Below are positions 1 through 9,406 of a stretch of DNA of 64,000 nt, piece by piece. Location of the stretch: NCBI GenBank assembly GCA_964490105.1, contig CAZAZU010000001.1, positions 22,706 to 86,705 of the forward strand, given 5' to 3'. Under the pieces are notes generated by a model that searched no databases, was not told where the DNA came from, and was given only the letters and a program-made list of their open reading frames with translations. The number at the start of each line of letters is the position of its first letter. Position 1 is the first letter of the stretch. The stretch is from an uncultured Gammaproteobacteria bacterium. GTDB lineage: Bacteria; Patescibacteriota; Microgenomatia; Levybacterales; UBA12049. Both the position numbers and the translations under genes were made by a program.

Positions 1-24
1 TTTACGAAAAGAAAAAGAAATAAT

Positions 25-768
25 TTATTTTCCGCCTTTTTGCCAATCGACAGATTTTAGAATTCCCGTAAAAACATCTTCACCTAAATCTATTTTCATT
101 TCGTCCAGTTCGTTCTTGCTTGGAGTTCTTCTTACAAAATTTATTTGACCGATGTCATTAACGATACCTAATGGTGTTTGTTCATAAGCCTCACCCATCT
201 CTAAAACAGAAGCCGCTGCGATACAATCCACCATGTTAAGTGTCTCTACATGTAGAGGGCGACCAAAAATATCAGGTTTTCCAATGTAGCTTCTGATCGG
301 TTCAAATCCGCACCATGAAAGTCCGACTGCTGTAACTCCGCGTCTCATTGGTGCTAGTTTGGAATCAGTTACGACAACTCCTAATTTTTTGATCCCATGC
401 TTTTTTCTTAAGTATTCCCAGATTTTGTTTGTGGTTTCTACCAAATTTTCTGGCCATAAAATATAGTAACCGTGGCCATTTGATTCATCAATTCCAGCAG
501 AGGCGATCAAGATATTATTTTTAATCGTGAGATAAACTCCAAAATTTACATATTCTTCAGGTAAATATAGATCTGCCTCTTTTTTAACTAGTTCTGATTT
601 ATCAATAGTACCATCATTTTTTAGAACTCTTCCCTGAGTAATGGAAATAATTTTTGAGGTAATTATGACTACATCTTTTTCGTGAAGTTTTGGAAGAAAC
701 TCATCAAGAATAGGGAATAATTCATCTCCAACTTCTACTTTCTTAGTTTTTATAGGCGTTACTTTCAT
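25..768 (-). CDS. CofE-like gamma-glutamyl ligase (putative folate polyglutamylation enzyme)
   Basis: Motifs ITSKIIS, ASAGIDESN, VVTDS, GKPDIFGRPL and GEAYEQTP match the F420-0:gamma-glutamyl ligase family; lies near folA. Confidence 0.85.
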   Translation of the reverse strand: MKVTPIKTKKVEVGDELFPILDEFLPKLHEKDVVIITSKIISITQGRVLKNDGTIDKSELVKKEADLYLPEEYVNFGVYLTIKNNILIASAGIDESNGHGYYILWPENLVETTNKIWEYLRKKHGIKKLGVVVTDSKLAPMRRGVTAVGLSWCGFEPIRSYIGKPDIFGRPLHVETLNMVDCIAAASVLEMGEAYEQTPLGIVNDIGQINFVRRTPSKNELDEMKIDLGEDVFTGILKSVDWQKGGK

Positions 769-1271
769 GCTGCTTCTTCTCCTAACATAAACCCTAGCCC
801 AAGTTTTCGCAATGCTTCGGGATCATAATTAGCTGGATTATCAGGAAGTCTTCTTACAGCTACTAATCTCGTGTGCGTAGGATGTGTCGCAAGCGCTTCA
901 TCTAGCGGTTGAAGAGTTAAATGGCCAATATGATCCACATTATGAACTACAAACTGCTCTCCGAGGGGACTGACCCATGCGACCGCAAGATGAGTTCCAT
1001 ACAGATCAGTTCTCTCAGGTTTTTGTTGGCCTATTATGTCTCCTGTTTGAATATCATTAACTGGAGTTCCTAGTTCATGGTCTTCTAAAAATTGTGAAGC
1101 TCTCAATCCTGGGGGTGGAGGTTGCTTTCCAAGAAGCATAGCGATTGCATATGCTGATGTCTCACAATTAGCGCCCTCATCTGGGTTTTGTAAAACATCT
1201 TGTGGGGTAATTGCACCATTATGTCTTTTGGCTACGTATGGAATGGGATATGGGTTCGGTCTTTCTAAAAT
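765..1271 (-). CDS. NlpC/P60-like cysteine peptidase-fold protein; start extended to a probable ATT codon
   Basis: Frame stays open upstream of ATG 1139 up to a stop at 1332-1334. The extension encodes IPYVAKRH...GANCETSAY (candidate catalytic Cys), followed by GDII, HLAV, VVH and a terminal VRR. Start position is uncertain. Confidence 0.6.
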   Translation of the reverse strand: MLERPNPYPIPYVAKRHNGAITPQDVLQNPDEGANCETSAYAIAMLLGKQPPPPGLRASQFLEDHELGTPVNDIQTGDIIGQQKPERTDLYGTHLAVAWVSPLGEQFVVHNVDHIGHLTLQPLDEALATHPTHTRLVAVRRLPDNPANYDPEALRKLGLGFMLGEEAA

Positions 1272-1367
1272 GAACTTATTTACCTCTTTCGCTGTATAAT
1301 ATAATGGTTGGAGTTCAATTTGTAAATATGATTAGTTCTGCAGAGCAGAATTGTTTAGTTTTTAATT

Positions 1368-1880
1368 ATGATTAGTATAGTTGCTGCGATTGATTCTAAA
1401 AGGGGACTTGGTAAAAATAACGACTTGTTGTTCAAAATACCTGAAGATTTTAAAAGAATGCAGAAGCTCACGATGGGTCACCCGATAATTATGGGTCGCC
1501 GCACTTTTGAATCTATCGGTCGCATTCTTCCTGGCAGAACAAATATTATTATTACTCAAAATCCAAGTTTCAAGCTTTCAGATTTAGCCTCGCAAGGGGA
1601 CGCCTTGCAAGGCTACGTGGTAAATTCGTTAGAGAAGGGAATTGAGGTAGCGAAGAAGAGTCCGGGGAGCGAGGAAATAATTATTTTCGGCGGGGGACAG
1701 ATTTTTACAGAAGCCATAGAAAAAGAATTGGTGGATGTTTTACATTTAACAGTGGTTGAGGGAGATTACAGTGCAGATACCTTTTTCCCAGATTATTCAA
1801 GATACGATAAAGTTTTATATGAAGAAAAAGGGGAGTCCGGCCAATATAGATTTACTTTTTTAGATCTTACGAGGAGTTAG
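1368..1880 (+). CDS. folA: dihydrofolate reductase
   Basis: IVAA..GLGKNNDL, IIMGRRTFESIGRILPGRTNII, IFGGGQIF, ADTFFP. Confidence 0.97.
   Translation: MISIVAAIDSKRGLGKNNDLLFKIPEDFKRMQKLTMGHPIIMGRRTFESIGRILPGRTNIIITQNPSFKLSDLASQGDALQGYVVNSLEKGIEVAKKSPGSEEIIIFGGGQIFTEAIEKELVDVLHLTVVEGDYSADTFFPDYSRYDKVLYEEKGESGQYRFTFLDLTRS
1585..1615. repeat. palindromic element lying in frame inside folA
   Basis: tagcctcgcaagg-ggacg-ccttgcaaggcta: 13-bp arms with 1 mismatch, encoding the extra LASQGDALQG segment. Confidence 0.7.
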
Positions 1881-2792
1881 CGCAAGCTCCGTAGCGATTT
1901 GAAGAAGCGGATAGGTCAGGTTGAATTTTTTGATATCGGGTCTAATTTTTTTCAAAACACCTTCGTTAAATCCATGTAGAGCAGTTTGAAGCATGTTCCT
2001 TACTGCATGTTCGAATCCTGGCGTATCTTTTTCAATACCATTAATGCTTAAAACTGCACCAAGACTTAGAAAAGTACCAGCTGATAATCCACCAGCAACA
2101 GCCGTTATATCGGGAATAGCGGGTTGAGACTTGCTTCCAATATTTTGAGCATATGCTTCCGCTGAATAAAATCTATAAAAAGCTTCAACGTATTGAACAA
2201 ATCCTCTGGGAGTTGCCAAATATCTAATCAAATCCCTGTCGAAAATAGCAGTTACTGAATCTGAAGCAGCATCAAATGATCCTCGTCCTCTTAACGCTGT
2301 TCCTGCCTCAACTTCATAATAAGCTTCTTTTCCCGCTTTTCTTACGCGTGCCATAAGTCCCAAATTGCTTCTAATTTCTTCAAGGTTGCGGGGTTTCCCT
2401 AAGCTAATTGTTTCAGGTTCTCGATCTGGTACAAGTCGCTGGCCAGTAGAAGAGGGACGAAGCACCAGTGGTCTAGTTCTAACATCAGCTGCTAATACAA
2501 AGCTTGAAGGCCCGCCTGTAAAAACTCCTATTTGATTATTGGGGTTTTGAGCATCTAAGACAAATTCAGCTTTATGACGTGCAATTTCGATCATGCTCTG
2601 ATGATTTAATTCTGGGTCAGGGCCTGTTACAAACATTACCTGGTAATTAGTATTAGCAGTAAAAGATTTTAGATAATGCTGTCTTCGTGGGCTTGTAGTT
2701 ACACCAATGATCACAGAATCTGGCTGTGGCTCAGGCTCTCTGCCAGTTCTTCTAGCCCTATCTGTAAGAGGTGGTCCTTCGGATCGGGGCAT
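1860..2792 (-). CDS. divergent Maf-family (nucleotide pyrophosphatase-like) protein with N-terminal extension
   Basis: TTSPRRQHYL, IARHKAE, VLAADVRT, LGKP and VAGG occur in the same order as the Maf motifs SPRR / A..KA / ADT / GKP / AG. Confidence 0.6.
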   Translation of the reverse strand: MPRSEGPPLTDRARRTGREPEPQPDSVIIGVTTSPRRQHYLKSFTANTNYQVMFVTGPDPELNHQSMIEIARHKAEFVLDAQNPNNQIGVFTGGPSSFVLAADVRTRPLVLRPSSTGQRLVPDREPETISLGKPRNLEEIRSNLGLMARVRKAGKEAYYEVEAGTALRGRGSFDAASDSVTAIFDRDLIRYLATPRGFVQYVEAFYRFYSAEAYAQNIGSKSQPAIPDITAVAGGLSAGTFLSLGAVLSINGIEKDTPGFEHAVRNMLQTALHGFNEGVLKKIRPDIKKFNLTYPLLQIATELALTPRKI

Positions 2793-2822
2793 TATGCGCG
2801 CATTTTATCACAACTCCCTGTA

Positions 2823-2856
2823 TTGACAAAATAAAGCTCCCATAGTATTATTAATT
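2823..2856 (+). promoter_or_regulatory. sigma70 promoter of guaB-guaA, leaderless geometry
   Basis: TTGACA-17nt-TATTAT-5nt-ATG. Confidence 0.8.
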
Positions 2857-3999
2857 ATGGACCACCAAAAATCTTCTTTCTCCACATCTCTCACCTTTGA
2901 CGACATTTTATTAGTTCCCAATTACGCTGGTTTTTCTCGTGATGAGATAGATCTTTCTACCAGACTCACAAAAAAAATTAAATTAACACTTCCTTTTGTT
3001 TCGTCTCCTATGGATACAGTTACAGAATTTGAACTTGCAACTGCGCTTGCGCAGCTTGGGGGAATTGGAATTATTCACAGAAATTTATCAATAAAAGATC
3101 AGGCAGATCAAGTAGGTAAGGTAATTAAAAAAGGTTTGATAGTCGGTGCTGCAGTGGGAGCTGGGAAAGGATTTGAGGAAAGAGTGGAGGCATTAGTAAA
3201 AGCAAATGTTACTATAATAGTGGTAGATAGTGCACATGGATATAGCAAGCAAATAATTGATGTAATTAAATTTATAAAGAAGAAATACCCAAAGCTTGAG
3301 ATTATTGCTGGAAATATAGCGACTGCTGATGGAGCTAAAGCTTTAATTCAGGCTGGGGCTGATGGACTTCGTGTTGGGATGGGTCCGGGAGCAATCTGTA
3401 CTACTAGGGTAATTTCAGGAATGGGAGTTCCTCAGGTAACTGCAATTATGGAAACCGTAAAAGTCGCAGATAAATTTGGAATTCCAGTTATTGCTGATGG
3501 AGGAATTAAATATTCTGGAGATATGGTAAAAGCGCTAGCTCTAGGAGCATCCGCTGTGATGATGGGAAGCTTTTTTGCTTCATGTGAGGAAGCACCTGGA
3601 GAAAAAATAAAATTATCTAAAGATCAGGTTCCGCACAGGTTTCAAAGTATTTTTGAGAAAAATAAAAAGACATATTTATTTAAATCTTATAGAGGTATGG
3701 GATCAGTTGCAGCTATGCAAAAAGGCGCAAAAATAAAATCTGAAGGAGAGTTTCATGGAAAAAGTTATAAAGAAAGAGTTTTAGTCGCTGAAGGAGTAGA
3801 AGGATTGGTCCCTGTTAAAGGTTCCGTTTCCGATTTACTTGATCAGGCAACTGGGGGAATAAAATCTGGAATGTATTATGTTGGAGCTAAGAATTTAAAG
3901 GAGCTTAAGAAAGCTAAATTTACTAAGATAACACAAGCGTCATTAACGGAATCACATCCTCATGACGTACTTATCACAAATGCAGGACAAAACTACTAA
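2857..3999 (+). CDS. guaB: IMP dehydrogenase lacking the CBS subdomain
   Basis: [45 protein letters not shown]; 380 aa. Confidence 0.95.
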   Translation: MDHQKSSFSTSLTFDDILLVPNYAGFSRDEIDLSTRLTKKIKLTLPFVSSPMDTVTEFELATALAQLGGIGIIHRNLSIKDQADQVGKVIKKGLIVGAAVGAGKGFEERVEALVKANVTIIVVDSAHGYSKQIIDVIKFIKKKYPKLEIIAGNIATADGAKALIQAGADGLRVGMGPGAICTTRVISGMGVPQVTAIMETVKVADKFGIPVIADGGIKYSGDMVKALALGASAVMMGSFFASCEEAPGEKIKLSKDQVPHRFQSIFEKNKKTYLFKSYRGMGSVAAMQKGAKIKSEGEFHGKSYKERVLVAEGVEGLVPVKGSVSDLLDQATGGIKSGMYYVGAKNLKELKKAKFTKITQASLTESHPHDVLITNAGQNY

Positions 4000-5521
4000 T
4001 AAAAAAATATTTGTCGTAGACTTCGGCGGACAAACCGCTCACCTCATAACTCGACGTCTTAAAGATCTAGGAATTAATTCTCAGTTAATTGATCCTGAAA
4101 ATGCCGTAAAAATTTCATTGAAAAATAAGCCATCGGGTTTGATCTTTTCCGGTGGGCCAGCATCTGTTTACGAAACTTCTGCCCCAACAATTGATGTAAA
4201 AATATTTGAACTCGGTTTACCCATACTTGGAATTTGTTATGGCTGGCAGCTTATGGCTCATCTACTTGGTGGGGAAGTGGAGTCGGGAAATAAAGAATAT
4301 GGGCCAACTATATTAACAATTTCAGGATTTGATTCTTTGTTTTATGGTCTTCCGAATTTTACAAAAGTAATTGAATCACATGGAGATACTGTTAAAAAAA
4401 TGCCATCAGGATTTGTGGTGACAGCAAAAACTGAAACCGTAAAATTTGCTGCTGTAGAAAATCCTAAGAAAAAATTATACGGAGTGCAGTTTCACCCTGA
4501 AGCACATCATTCAGAAAAAGGATCTGAGATGCTCAAAAATTTCGCAACTCGTGTATGTAATTTAGGGCTGTCTCCTCAGAAATTAGACACAGATGAAATC
4601 ATTAATGAAATAAAAGAAAAAGTAGGAAATAAAAAAGTGATTGGTGCTTTTTCTGGCGGAACTGATTCTGCTGTGGCTGGAGCATTAGTCGCAAGAGCGA
4701 TCGGGAAAAATTTTATTCCATTTTTTGTAGATTCAGGTCTTATGCGGGAAGAAACAATCGGAAGAATTGAAAAAGATTTTCCAAAAGTCTTAGGTGTACC
4801 GGTCGAAATAATTTCAGCCCGTGAATTGTTTCTTGCGCGACTTAAAGGATTGACTGATCCGGAGGAAAAAAGAAAAGCAGTTGGAAAATTATATATAGAA
4901 CTTTTTGAAAAAGAAATGAAAAGACATAAGGATGCGATTTTTCTTCTTCAGGGTACAACTTATGCGGATTTTATTCATTCGCAGGGAACTAAATTATCAG
5001 CGAGAATTAAATCTCATCATAACGTAGGAGGTTTGCCTAAAGAAATGAAGCTAAAATTACTTGAGCCTCTTAGATTTTATTACACAGATCAGGTAAGAGA
5101 AATTGGAGTTAAAATTGGACTTCCTCGTGACATGGTTTATCAACAGCCTTTTCCTGGACCTGGGCATGCAGTAAGAATTGTAGGAGAAGTGACCCCCGCA
5201 CGGCTTAAACAGCAAGTTCAGGCAGATGGGATAGTAGTTGAGGAGCTTAGAAAATCAGGTTGGTATAAAAAAGTTTTTCAATGCTGGTCTGTTATGACTG
5301 GGACAAATTCTACAGCGGTAAAAGGAGACGGGAGGTTTTATGGAGAAGTGATAGCTATAAGAATTGTTAATAGTAAAGATAGAATGACTGCGGAAATTGC
5401 ACGAGTTCCTTTCCCAGTTCTTGAAAAAATTGCATCTCGAATAGTAAATGAAGTTCCAAATGTTTCGCGAGTAGTTTATGACATTACCTCTAAACCTCCA
5501 GCAACAATGGAATGGGAATAA
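3980..5521 (+). CDS. guaA: GMP synthase (glutamine-hydrolysing)
   Basis: DFGGQ, GICYG, QFHPE, SGGTDS, IKSHHNVGG, YDITSKPPATMEWE; start at 3980 or 3962. Confidence 0.97.
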   Translation: MQDKTTNKKIFVVDFGGQTAHLITRRLKDLGINSQLIDPENAVKISLKNKPSGLIFSGGPASVYETSAPTIDVKIFELGLPILGICYGWQLMAHLLGGEVESGNKEYGPTILTISGFDSLFYGLPNFTKVIESHGDTVKKMPSGFVVTAKTETVKFAAVENPKKKLYGVQFHPEAHHSEKGSEMLKNFATRVCNLGLSPQKLDTDEIINEIKEKVGNKKVIGAFSGGTDSAVAGALVARAIGKNFIPFFVDSGLMREETIGRIEKDFPKVLGVPVEIISARELFLARLKGLTDPEEKRKAVGKLYIELFEKEMKRHKDAIFLLQGTTYADFIHSQGTKLSARIKSHHNVGGLPKEMKLKLLEPLRFYYTDQVREIGVKIGLPRDMVYQQPFPGPGHAVRIVGEVTPARLKQQVQADGIVVEELRKSGWYKKVFQCWSVMTGTNSTAVKGDGRFYGEVIAIRIVNSKDRMTAEIARVPFPVLEKIASRIVNEVPNVSRVVYDITSKPPATMEWE

Positions 5522-5525
5522 GACG

Positions 5526-5628
5526 AATTTTCAATTTCTAATTTTTAATTTTCAATGAATGTTTCAAATATTAAATTTTAAAACATTTGGATTTGAATAA
5601 GAATTCCAAATTTCGAATTTAAAATTAG
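5526..5628. repeat. AT-rich heptamer-array element
   Basis: aattttc/aatttct/aattttt/aattttc on the left; roughly complementary tccaaat/ttcgaat/ttaaaat units on the right. Confidence 0.55.
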
Positions 5629-5682
5629 TTTATTTTGCCTGTTGCAATAGTCTAAATTCGTTTGTATACTCGGAGAGAATTG

Positions 5683-7002
5683 ATGAACAATTTAAAGAAA
5701 ACTGACCCTCAAATTTACAACCTCGTAAAAGACGAAGAAAAAAGACAATTAGAAGTCCTCGAAATGATCCCCTCAGAAAATTACACATCCTCCTCGATTC
5801 TTGAGGCGCTTGGAACAGTTCTTAACAATAAGTATTCTGAGGGATATCCTAAGAAAAGATACTACCAGGGAAACGCAGTTGCCGATGAAGTAGAGCAGTT
5901 AGCAATTGATCGCGCAAAAAAACTTTTTGGTGTGCCATTCGCTAACGTTCAGGCTTTATCTGGAGCACCTGCGAATTCGGCAGTACAGATGGCAGTTTTA
6001 AAACCAGGGGACACACTTATGGGATTGTCACTAGCTTTTGGGGGTCATCTCACACATGGTGCGCCAAAAACATTTTCGTCCACCTTTTTTAGAGCAGTCC
6101 AATACGAATTAGATAAAAACGGAAAATTTGATTTTGACGCAATTCTTAAGCTTGCTAAAAAAGAAAAACCAAAATTAATTATTTGCGGTTTTACTGCATA
6201 TCCTAGAACAATTGATTTTAAGAAATTTGCAGAAGTAGCCGATAAGGTTGGGGCATTTTTACTTGCAGATATTTCTCATATAGCAGGTTTGGTCGCTGCA
6301 GGAGTCCATCCTTCACCAGTTAATCATGCACATATTGTTACAACCACGACTCATAAGACTTTAAGGGGTCCTCGCGGAGCAATAATAATGGTAACTAACA
6401 AGGGGCTAAAAAAAGACTCAGAGTTGAGAAAAAAGATTGATAGTGCGATTATCCCGGGTTTGCAGGGTGGACCACATGATAACCAGACAGCAGCTATAGC
6501 AGTAGCACTCAAAGAAGCATCAACTGCAAGCTTTAAAAAGTACTCCGCACAGGTGGTAGCGAATTCAAAAGCACTTGCAAAAGCATTAAATGGATATGGT
6601 TTTGATTTGGTATCAGGAGGATCTGATAATCATTTAATTCTTATAGATTTAAGAAATAAAAATGTGGATGGTGCGACTGCTGCAATCGCACTAGAAGTTG
6701 CAGGAATAGTTCTAAATAAAAATGGTGTGCCGTTTGATCCAAGTCCTCCTTTTTATCCAGCAGGAATTAGGCTTGGAACTCCAGCAATTACTACTCGAGG
6801 TTTGAAAGAAAAAGATATGCTAAAAGTGGCCAAATGGATGAATGATGCTATAGAAGAGGTGGTAGGGAAAAACTTACCAACAGACAAGGAAGAAAGAAAA
6901 GAATACTGGATAAATTACAAAGCAAGTGTTTGGAAAAACAAAAAACTTTTAGGAATTGGCGCCGAAGTAAAATCCTTAATGAAGAAGTACCCTTTGCCCT
7001 AA
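5683..7002 (+). CDS. glyA: serine hydroxymethyltransferase
   Basis: PSENY, NKYSEGYP, GGHLTHG, TTTTHKTLRGPRG, GIRLGTPA; ATG 5683 lies downstream of TTGCAA-17-TATACT (5642-5670). Confidence 0.97.
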   Translation: MNNLKKTDPQIYNLVKDEEKRQLEVLEMIPSENYTSSSILEALGTVLNNKYSEGYPKKRYYQGNAVADEVEQLAIDRAKKLFGVPFANVQALSGAPANSAVQMAVLKPGDTLMGLSLAFGGHLTHGAPKTFSSTFFRAVQYELDKNGKFDFDAILKLAKKEKPKLIICGFTAYPRTIDFKKFAEVADKVGAFLLADISHIAGLVAAGVHPSPVNHAHIVTTTTHKTLRGPRGAIIMVTNKGLKKDSELRKKIDSAIIPGLQGGPHDNQTAAIAVALKEASTASFKKYSAQVVANSKALAKALNGYGFDLVSGGSDNHLILIDLRNKNVDGATAAIALEVAGIVLNKNGVPFDPSPPFYPAGIRLGTPAITTRGLKEKDMLKVAKWMNDAIEEVVGKNLPTDKEERKEYWINYKASVWKNKKLLGIGAEVKSLMKKYPLP

Positions 7003-7018
7003 ATAGAGTATTACGATT

Positions 7019-7375
7019 ATGGCAAGCGTAAATAAAGAGCATAGTTGGGATGGAGTTGGTAGAATTCACAGGCTTAGAGTGCCTAGATATAATAATCTTC
7101 CTGAACGAGCAAAATCATTAGTATCATTTAGACATTCAGTTCCTCATGTTCCAGAAGTACAAATGACTGAAGGCGTAGAGCTTCCACTTCGTTATGATAG
7201 GAGTCATCTTGAGGTATCTCACAGATTGGTGGCTTCCGTTGGAGAAGAAAGACCATTACCAATAAGAGAATTTGTTTTAGTAAGCTTACAGCAGCCTGCA
7301 TGGAGAGAATTCTTTGGCAGCATTCTTCATCAGGGAGGACACCATACAGAAGCCCCGTTGCAAAATTCAGCCTGA
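7019..7375 (+). CDS. hypothetical Arg-rich orphan protein
   Basis: 118-aa ORF filling the glyA-rpsB gap; 12 Arg versus 2 Lys by manual count. Confidence 0.55.
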   Translation: MASVNKEHSWDGVGRIHRLRVPRYNNLPERAKSLVSFRHSVPHVPEVQMTEGVELPLRYDRSHLEVSHRLVASVGEERPLPIREFVLVSLQQPAWREFFGSILHQGGHHTEAPLQNSA

Positions 7376-7386
7376 AATTGTATAAT
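7358..7386 (+). promoter_or_regulatory. sigma70 promoter of rpsB-tsf
   Basis: TTGCAA-17nt-TATAAT with TG immediately 5' of the -10. Confidence 0.8.
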
Positions 7387-7400
7387 ACCTCAATCACTCA

Positions 7401-7456
7401 CATTCAGATATTTGCTCTGGAGATATCTTCGATCTGAATGGCGGTTTAAGAGCAAA
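7401..7456 (+). promoter_or_regulatory. structured rpsB 5' leader (predicted pseudoknot)
   Basis: cattcagat(7401-7409)/atctgaatg(7432-7440) stem; loop tttgctct(7411-7418) is complementary to agagcaaa(7449-7456). Confidence 0.7.
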
Positions 7457-7461
7457 GAAAT

Positions 7462-8355
7462 ATGAAAGAAATCACATTAGAACAACTTCTCGAAGCAGGG
7501 TGCCATTTTGGTCACCAAGTAACGCGCTCAAATCCTAAAGCCAGGGATTTTATTTTCGAAGCAAGAGACGGAATTCATATTATTGATCTTGCAAAAACAA
7601 AAGAAGGTCTTGAAGAAGCTGCAAAATATCTAAAAAATCTTGCAAAAAATCCAGGAACAACACTTCTTATAGTTGGAACAAAAAGACAAAGCCATGAAGT
7701 TCTTCTTAAAGAAGTTGAAAGAGCAAAGGGACAAATTAAAGGAGATTCAGGGCTTTATTATGTTACCAACAAATGGATTGGCGGACTTTTAACCAATTTC
7801 CAAGAAGTAAGTAAGAACTTTAAAAAACTTATTGATTTAACTCACAACTTAGCAACTCCATCTGCACAAGAAGGTTATACTAAAAAAGAAGTCGGTGGGT
7901 GGGGAAAAGAAAGAGAAAAGTTAAATGGTTTTTATGGCGGAGTTTTCCAAATGACAAAGAGACCAGACGCACTTTTCATTATTGATTCAAGACTTGAAGA
8001 TTTAGCAGTCAGGGAGGCACTTAGAATGAATGTTCCAAGCGTTGCAATTACTGATACAAATGCTGACCCAGCACTAGTTGATTATGCGATTCCTGCAAAC
8101 GATGATGCTGTTGGAAGTTTGGAGCTTATTATTGGGTATCTCATGGACGCATGGGCTGAAGGAAAAAATTCTATCAAAGAAGAAAAACCAAAAGAAGAAA
8201 AAAAACCAGCAGTTAAAAAAGCAGCAAGCGGAGCATCAGCACAGGAAGTTGTAGCACAAGCTCTAAAAGAAGAAGCTGCAAAGGAAGTTAAGAAAGCTCC
8301 AGCGAAAAAATCTCCTGCAAAGAAAGCAGCTAAGACAGAAAAGAAAAAGGCTTAA
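7462..8355 (+). CDS. rpsB: 30S ribosomal protein S2
   Basis: LLEAGCHFGHQ, IHIIDL, VGTK, WIGGLLTNF, IPANDDA; Lys/Ala-rich tail. Confidence 0.97.
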   Translation: MKEITLEQLLEAGCHFGHQVTRSNPKARDFIFEARDGIHIIDLAKTKEGLEEAAKYLKNLAKNPGTTLLIVGTKRQSHEVLLKEVERAKGQIKGDSGLYYVTNKWIGGLLTNFQEVSKNFKKLIDLTHNLATPSAQEGYTKKEVGGWGKEREKLNGFYGGVFQMTKRPDALFIIDSRLEDLAVREALRMNVPSVAITDTNADPALVDYAIPANDDAVGSLELIIGYLMDAWAEGKNSIKEEKPKEEKKPAVKKAASGASAQEVVAQALKEEAAKEVKKAPAKKSPAKKAAKTEKKKA

Positions 8356-8357
8356 AA

Positions 8358-8810
8358 ATGGCAATCGATATTGAATTATTAAAACAAATTAGAGAAGAGA
8401 CCTCAGCGTCTATCGCGGATTGCAGAAAAGCATTAGAAGAATCAAACGGAGATTATAAAAAAGCAATCGAATGGCTTCAAAAAAGAGGAGCAGAAATTGC
8501 TGAGAAGAAAGCAGACCGCGAAACCTCACAAGGTATAGTAGAATCATATGTTCATGGTGGAGGAAAAATCGGAGTAATTGTAGCTATTCTTTGTGAGACA
8601 GATTTCGTAGCTAGAACTCAAGAGTTTAAAGATCTTGCGCATGAAATAGCTATGCAAATTTCCGCAATGAATCCAAAAAATGTAGAGGAACTTCTTTCTC
8701 AGGAATATATTAGAGATCCAAAGCTTAAGATAGAAGATTTAGTGAAAGCTACAATTGGAAAAACAGGAGAGAATATAAAAGTTAGAGAATTTTCTAGAAT
8801 TGAACTGTAG
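8358..8810 (+). CDS. tsf: elongation factor Ts (short form)
   Basis: DCRKALEE, CETDFVAR, GENIKVREF; follows rpsB. Confidence 0.95.
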   Translation: MAIDIELLKQIREETSASIADCRKALEESNGDYKKAIEWLQKRGAEIAEKKADRETSQGIVESYVHGGGKIGVIVAILCETDFVARTQEFKDLAHEIAMQISAMNPKNVEELLSQEYIRDPKLKIEDLVKATIGKTGENIKVREFSRIEL

Positions 8811-8853
8811 ACTCTTCATGTATCTATGCATGAAGACTTGGTATAATTAAATT

Positions 8854-9405
8854 ATGAACCCCAATCTTATTTCAGATACAAGAGAAAACATGAGAAAGGC
8901 CCTTGATGTTCTTAGGGCCGATGTCGCAACAATCAGAACCGGAAAAGCAGCGCCTTCACTTGTAGAAAATATAGTGGTTTCTGTATATAACGGCACCACA
9001 AAGCTTCGTGTTATGGAAGTGGCCACAGTTAATGCTCAGGATGCGCAGACTTTGGTCTTAACTCCATTTGATGCATCAATCATCGAAGATATAAGAAAAG
9101 GAATTATGGAGTCTGGCGCTGGATTGAACCCCTCCTCAGATGGTCAAATTCTTAGAATTAGTATTCCGCCTCTTTCAGAAGAAAGAAGACAGGAGCTAAT
9201 TCACCTTATGAATCAAAAACTTGAGAACGGAAGGGTTATGTTAAGGCAGCTCAGGCATGAAGCCTTAAATGATCTTAAAAAAGAGGATTTACCGGAAGAT
9301 GAAAACGAAAGACTTGAAAAAGAAATTCAAAAAGCGACTGACGAATTCGTTGCGGAGATTGATTCACTTGGCAAGAAAAAAGAAGAAGAACTCCTACAGA
9401 TTTAA
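8854..9405 (+). CDS. frr: ribosome recycling factor
   Basis: IRTGKA, GLNPSSDG, IPPLSEERR, KKKEEEL; TATAAT 6 nt before ATG. Confidence 0.96.
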   Translation: MNPNLISDTRENMRKALDVLRADVATIRTGKAAPSLVENIVVSVYNGTTKLRVMEVATVNAQDAQTLVLTPFDASIIEDIRKGIMESGAGLNPSSDGQILRISIPPLSEERRQELIHLMNQKLENGRVMLRQLRHEALNDLKKEDLPEDENERLEKEIQKATDEFVAEIDSLGKKKEEELLQI

Positions 9406-9406
9406 G

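Noticed and set aside
2857-3999. Short guaB as a truncation
   Set aside because: Only the dispensable CBS subdomain is missing; the catalytic Cys loop and flap motifs are present.
8165-8355. Lys/Ala-rich repeats at the end of rpsB
   Set aside because: Low-complexity S2 tails are common and no separate element is evident.
8358-8810. Short tsf as a possible pseudogene
   Set aside because: Short EF-Ts forms are known, and the N-terminal, ETDFV and C-terminal motifs are intact.
8813-8836. tcttcatg/catgaaga hairpin between tsf and frr
   Set aside because: An 8-bp stem with no U-tract and a single copy; too weak to call a terminator or operator.
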